From Macrostomum lignano (Eukaryota), in contig NIVC01000289.1 in the NCBI GenBank assembly GCA_002269645.1, forward strand, positions 49,182 to 113,181: a stretch of 64,000 nt of DNA, written 5' to 3'. Numbering within the stretch: position 1 is the first letter of the stretch; every line of letters starts with the position of its first letter. The notes below the pieces were generated by a model. That model worked only from the letters and a program-made list of their open reading frames with translations, was not told the origin of the DNA and searched no databases. Below are positions 61,023 through 64,000 of this stretch, piece by piece. The position numbers were made by a program, and so were the translations under genes.

Positions 61023-63328
61023 GATTAAGTGGTAATAAATGCTGTAGTAATGTTGCACCCAATATAGAAAGTTTCTATTTGTGTAGTCGTGGAACAGTTG
61101 GCGCCATAGAAACTCCTCAATGTGCATGTCAAAATCCTTTCCCTTCGCTATCACCTTCACTCTTATCACCCTCAGACCTTTATTCCATAGACTATAGACT
61201 ACAAGGACCATAGACTATGTGCCACGTCACTTTAGCACGACTGCGCCAAATAAATGCGCAATTTCAAACAGAAAATAATTAGGCTAAATGTGCAAATCTA
61301 GGAAATTACCAAAATTTATCCCTAGATCAATTTGCCTTTGCCTAGGCCTATAGATTGTTTTGCCTTATGGGCCATAGGCTATAGATTCATTTAATAGTTT
61401 AGCTAGGCTTCATAGTCAGTAAGTCAGAGAGTGTCCTGTATGCTAGAATTTTCTGGCATTCATTAGCCTTTCATACTTAATTAGTGTATATATTTGGTAT
61501 GCTTAAATTTTAAAAGTGTAGGGCCTTTTGGTATAGAAATAATAATAGCCCATACAAAGCTATTTGAAAATAGATGCAAATATCTTCTAATTTCTGTAAC
61601 AAAAAATTGAAAATTTAAAAGAAAAAGGTAAGCAGTTAAAAGTTAACCAAAGTAGGGGCCTACAAACAAAAAAATGAAAATAGGCCCCTAATAATTAAAA
61701 TTGAATATGATAATGCTATTTTGAAGAATTTAAGCAACAAGACTTTAAAAAATATAAGTTTTTATAAAAAATAGACAAAATTTATTTTGTTATAATCATA
61801 TAATGTATATGTAAATGTTAAATGTAACAATGGATAAATGTCCTTTATTTTTGAAGCAGAAAGTAAGATAGGCCTATTATTTTTGAATTTTGATATATAC
61901 AAGGATCACATTTCTATTTTTTGGCATATAAATAGGGATGCTATAAAATACTAGACTTGCCCAAAACTGGGATCCCAGTATTCATTACTGGAATTTTGCC
62001 AATACTGGTTTTGAATACCAGTATTCATTCGCTTTATTCATATTATGGCTTCCAAATTTGAAAAAAAGTCAGATTTTATTACATTTTTCCTATTATTTTT
62101 ATATTGCCTATCTTTTGAATGCATTATAAATCATTTATTAAATTGTCTTGACTTTTAAATTCAATCAATTTTTAAGTCATAGTAATTGTTTGTATAGTAG
62201 TTATCATTTTAATAGCATTTTTACTAGCCTTACCTTATTGATTGCCTTATCATGTTTGCCTTAATATAGCTAAGGCATTATATTAAGGCATGAAATAGAT
62301 TCTTTTAATCTATTTAGTTTGTTAAATAGATTACAAAAAAGTAAGTATCTTTTTTCTATTCATAGTTTCAATTCTATTTTTCCTTATTAAGTAGTTAAAT
62401 ATGCTGCTTTGCTTTATTATGCTTACTATATATGTACTATTGATTAAATTTTAATAATAATTGTCTGCCATATTTAGTAAAATTATTTAGTATATTTAGA
62501 TTATAAATACAAGCAAATATATACATTTAAAAAAAAATTAGAAAGTGTGCCGGACACTGTCCGCAGTTTTACAACTTTTTCCTATAAGGCTAATGGTTAA
62601 TAGTAGGCTACTATTAACATTGCAATTTTGAAGAAAAGAAATAGCTTGAACTAAATAGTGAAATAAAGTCTTACCTTTTCTTTTTAACCATTGAGCTAGA
62701 CCAATAAGTTCTTGAATCATCCATTTTATTGTTATTGAATTTATTAAATACAATATAAACTAGGGGTTGCTTAACTATAGCCTACTATGTGGCCTACAAA
62801 ACATCTCTGTCTCTCAGTTCCTTTAAAACTTCACAATAATAACTTCAATAGAAACTTTTAAGGTTGGGTCTTTTTCAGATCTTTGTCTATTTTTCCCCCT
62901 CTCATCTTCTCTTTCATCGTCTATCTTTTTATCTCAATTCCAACATCCTATCTTATCTTGCTTTCTATTCTTTCTGTTTTCCACTCCCAACTCGCCTGCA
63001 GCCATGAGCTGGATTCTTTATCCAGCCCTAGAGGTAAAAATCTTTTTAACCCCTGATCTAAAGATAGGTAGTGCAAGTAGTATAATTCACTAGCTCATTG
63101 CTAATTTATTTATTAGTTAATTAGTTGCCATTCAAACTAAGAGCAGGCAAAAATTAATAGGCATTAAGTTCTAAATACTTGGCTAGCCAATAAGCTTGCG
63201 AAAAATTGGATAAAAACGTTTGTAATTTTTGCTTGACAAGGTTTAGTTAAACTGTTTCTACTTTGAGTAGTCTACAAAGTAAATAAAATCACCTTACCAC
63301 AATTTAAATTACTCTATTAATGTTAGTC

Positions 63329-63443
63329 ATGCCTCTAGCCAGAGATCTGTTGCACCCATCTCTCAGCCAAGAGAAGCGAAAGCACAAGAAAAAGCGTCTG
63401 GTTCAGTCACCAAATTCCTGTTTTATGGATGTGAAGTGTGCAG
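63329..63443 (+). CDS. RPS27: 40S ribosomal protein S27 (eS27), first coding exon; remainder beyond the window
   Basis: [39 protein letters not shown]; donor GTAAGG after nt 115 (phase 1); AG acceptor 2 nt upstream of the ATG. Confidence 0.92.
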
Positions 63444-63514
63444 GTAAGGACATTCAAGAATCATATAGCAATAATTTCAGTGTGTCCAAAATTTTAAACG
63501 CCATTGATAGTTAA

Positions 63515-64000
63515 CTAAATCTTCAGACTGTCTAAAAATCACCTCAGACAAATCTTCAGACTGTCTAAAAATCACCTCAGACAAATCTTCAGACTGTCTA
63601 AAAATCACCTCAGACAGATCTTCAGGCTGGCTAAAAATCACCTCAGACAAATCTTCAGACTGTCTAAAAATCACCTCAGACAGATCTTCAGGCTGGCTAA
63701 AAATCACCTCAGACAAATCTTCAGGCTGGCTAAAAATCACCCAGACAGATCTTCAGGCTGGCTAAAAATCACCCCAGACAGATCTTCAGGCTGGCTAAAA
63801 ATCACCTCAGACAAATCTTCAGGCTGGCTAAAAATCACCCAGACAGATCTTCAGTCAGGACTTCTAAAAATCACCTCAGACAGATCTTCAGCTGCTAAAA
63901 ATCACCTCAGACAAATCTTCAGACTGTCTAAAAATCACCTCAGACAGATCTTCAGGCTGGCTAAAAATCACCTCAGACAAATCTTCAGAGCTGCTAAAAA
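63515..64000. repeat. 33-bp minisatellite (AAAAATCACCTCAGACAAATCTTCAGACTGTCT) in the RPS27 intron, runs off the window end
   Basis: 11-aa periodic ORF on the minus strand. Confidence 0.95.

Overview
This is eukaryotic (animal) genomic DNA, with GC-rich exons, GT-AG introns and very dense minisatellites. That style suggests a Macrostomum-like flatworm, but this is inference only. Genes supported by the sequence: (1) the 3' part of a PIAS-family SUMO E3 ligase (PINIT, SP-RING, SIM) with an unusual upstream C2H2-like finger exon and one intron carrying U12-type signals; (2) an interrupted, intronless secreted-protein gene (PAN-like plus LamG-like); (3) a 5-exon F-box/LRR gene ending in a CaaX box; (4) an intronless RBM4/Lark-like single-RRM protein with a prion-like tail; (5) a 9-exon DOCK6/7/8-type GEF with two single-base frameshifts; (6) a secreted PAN plus F-type lectin gene on the minus strand; (7) the first coding exon of RPS27. 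Mobile DNA includes a BEL/Pao gag relic, a 1.1 kb mini-LTR element with PBS and PPT, a tRNA-SINE with a 14-bp TSD, a Tc1/IS630 deletion derivative with 133-bp TIRs, and six hAT-like MITEs with 8-bp TSDs. Most introns hold their own tandem array. No CRISPR array, rRNA or bona fide tRNA gene was found. All frameshift-type lesions are consistent with a single missing base, so assembly error must be excluded before calling any of them biological.
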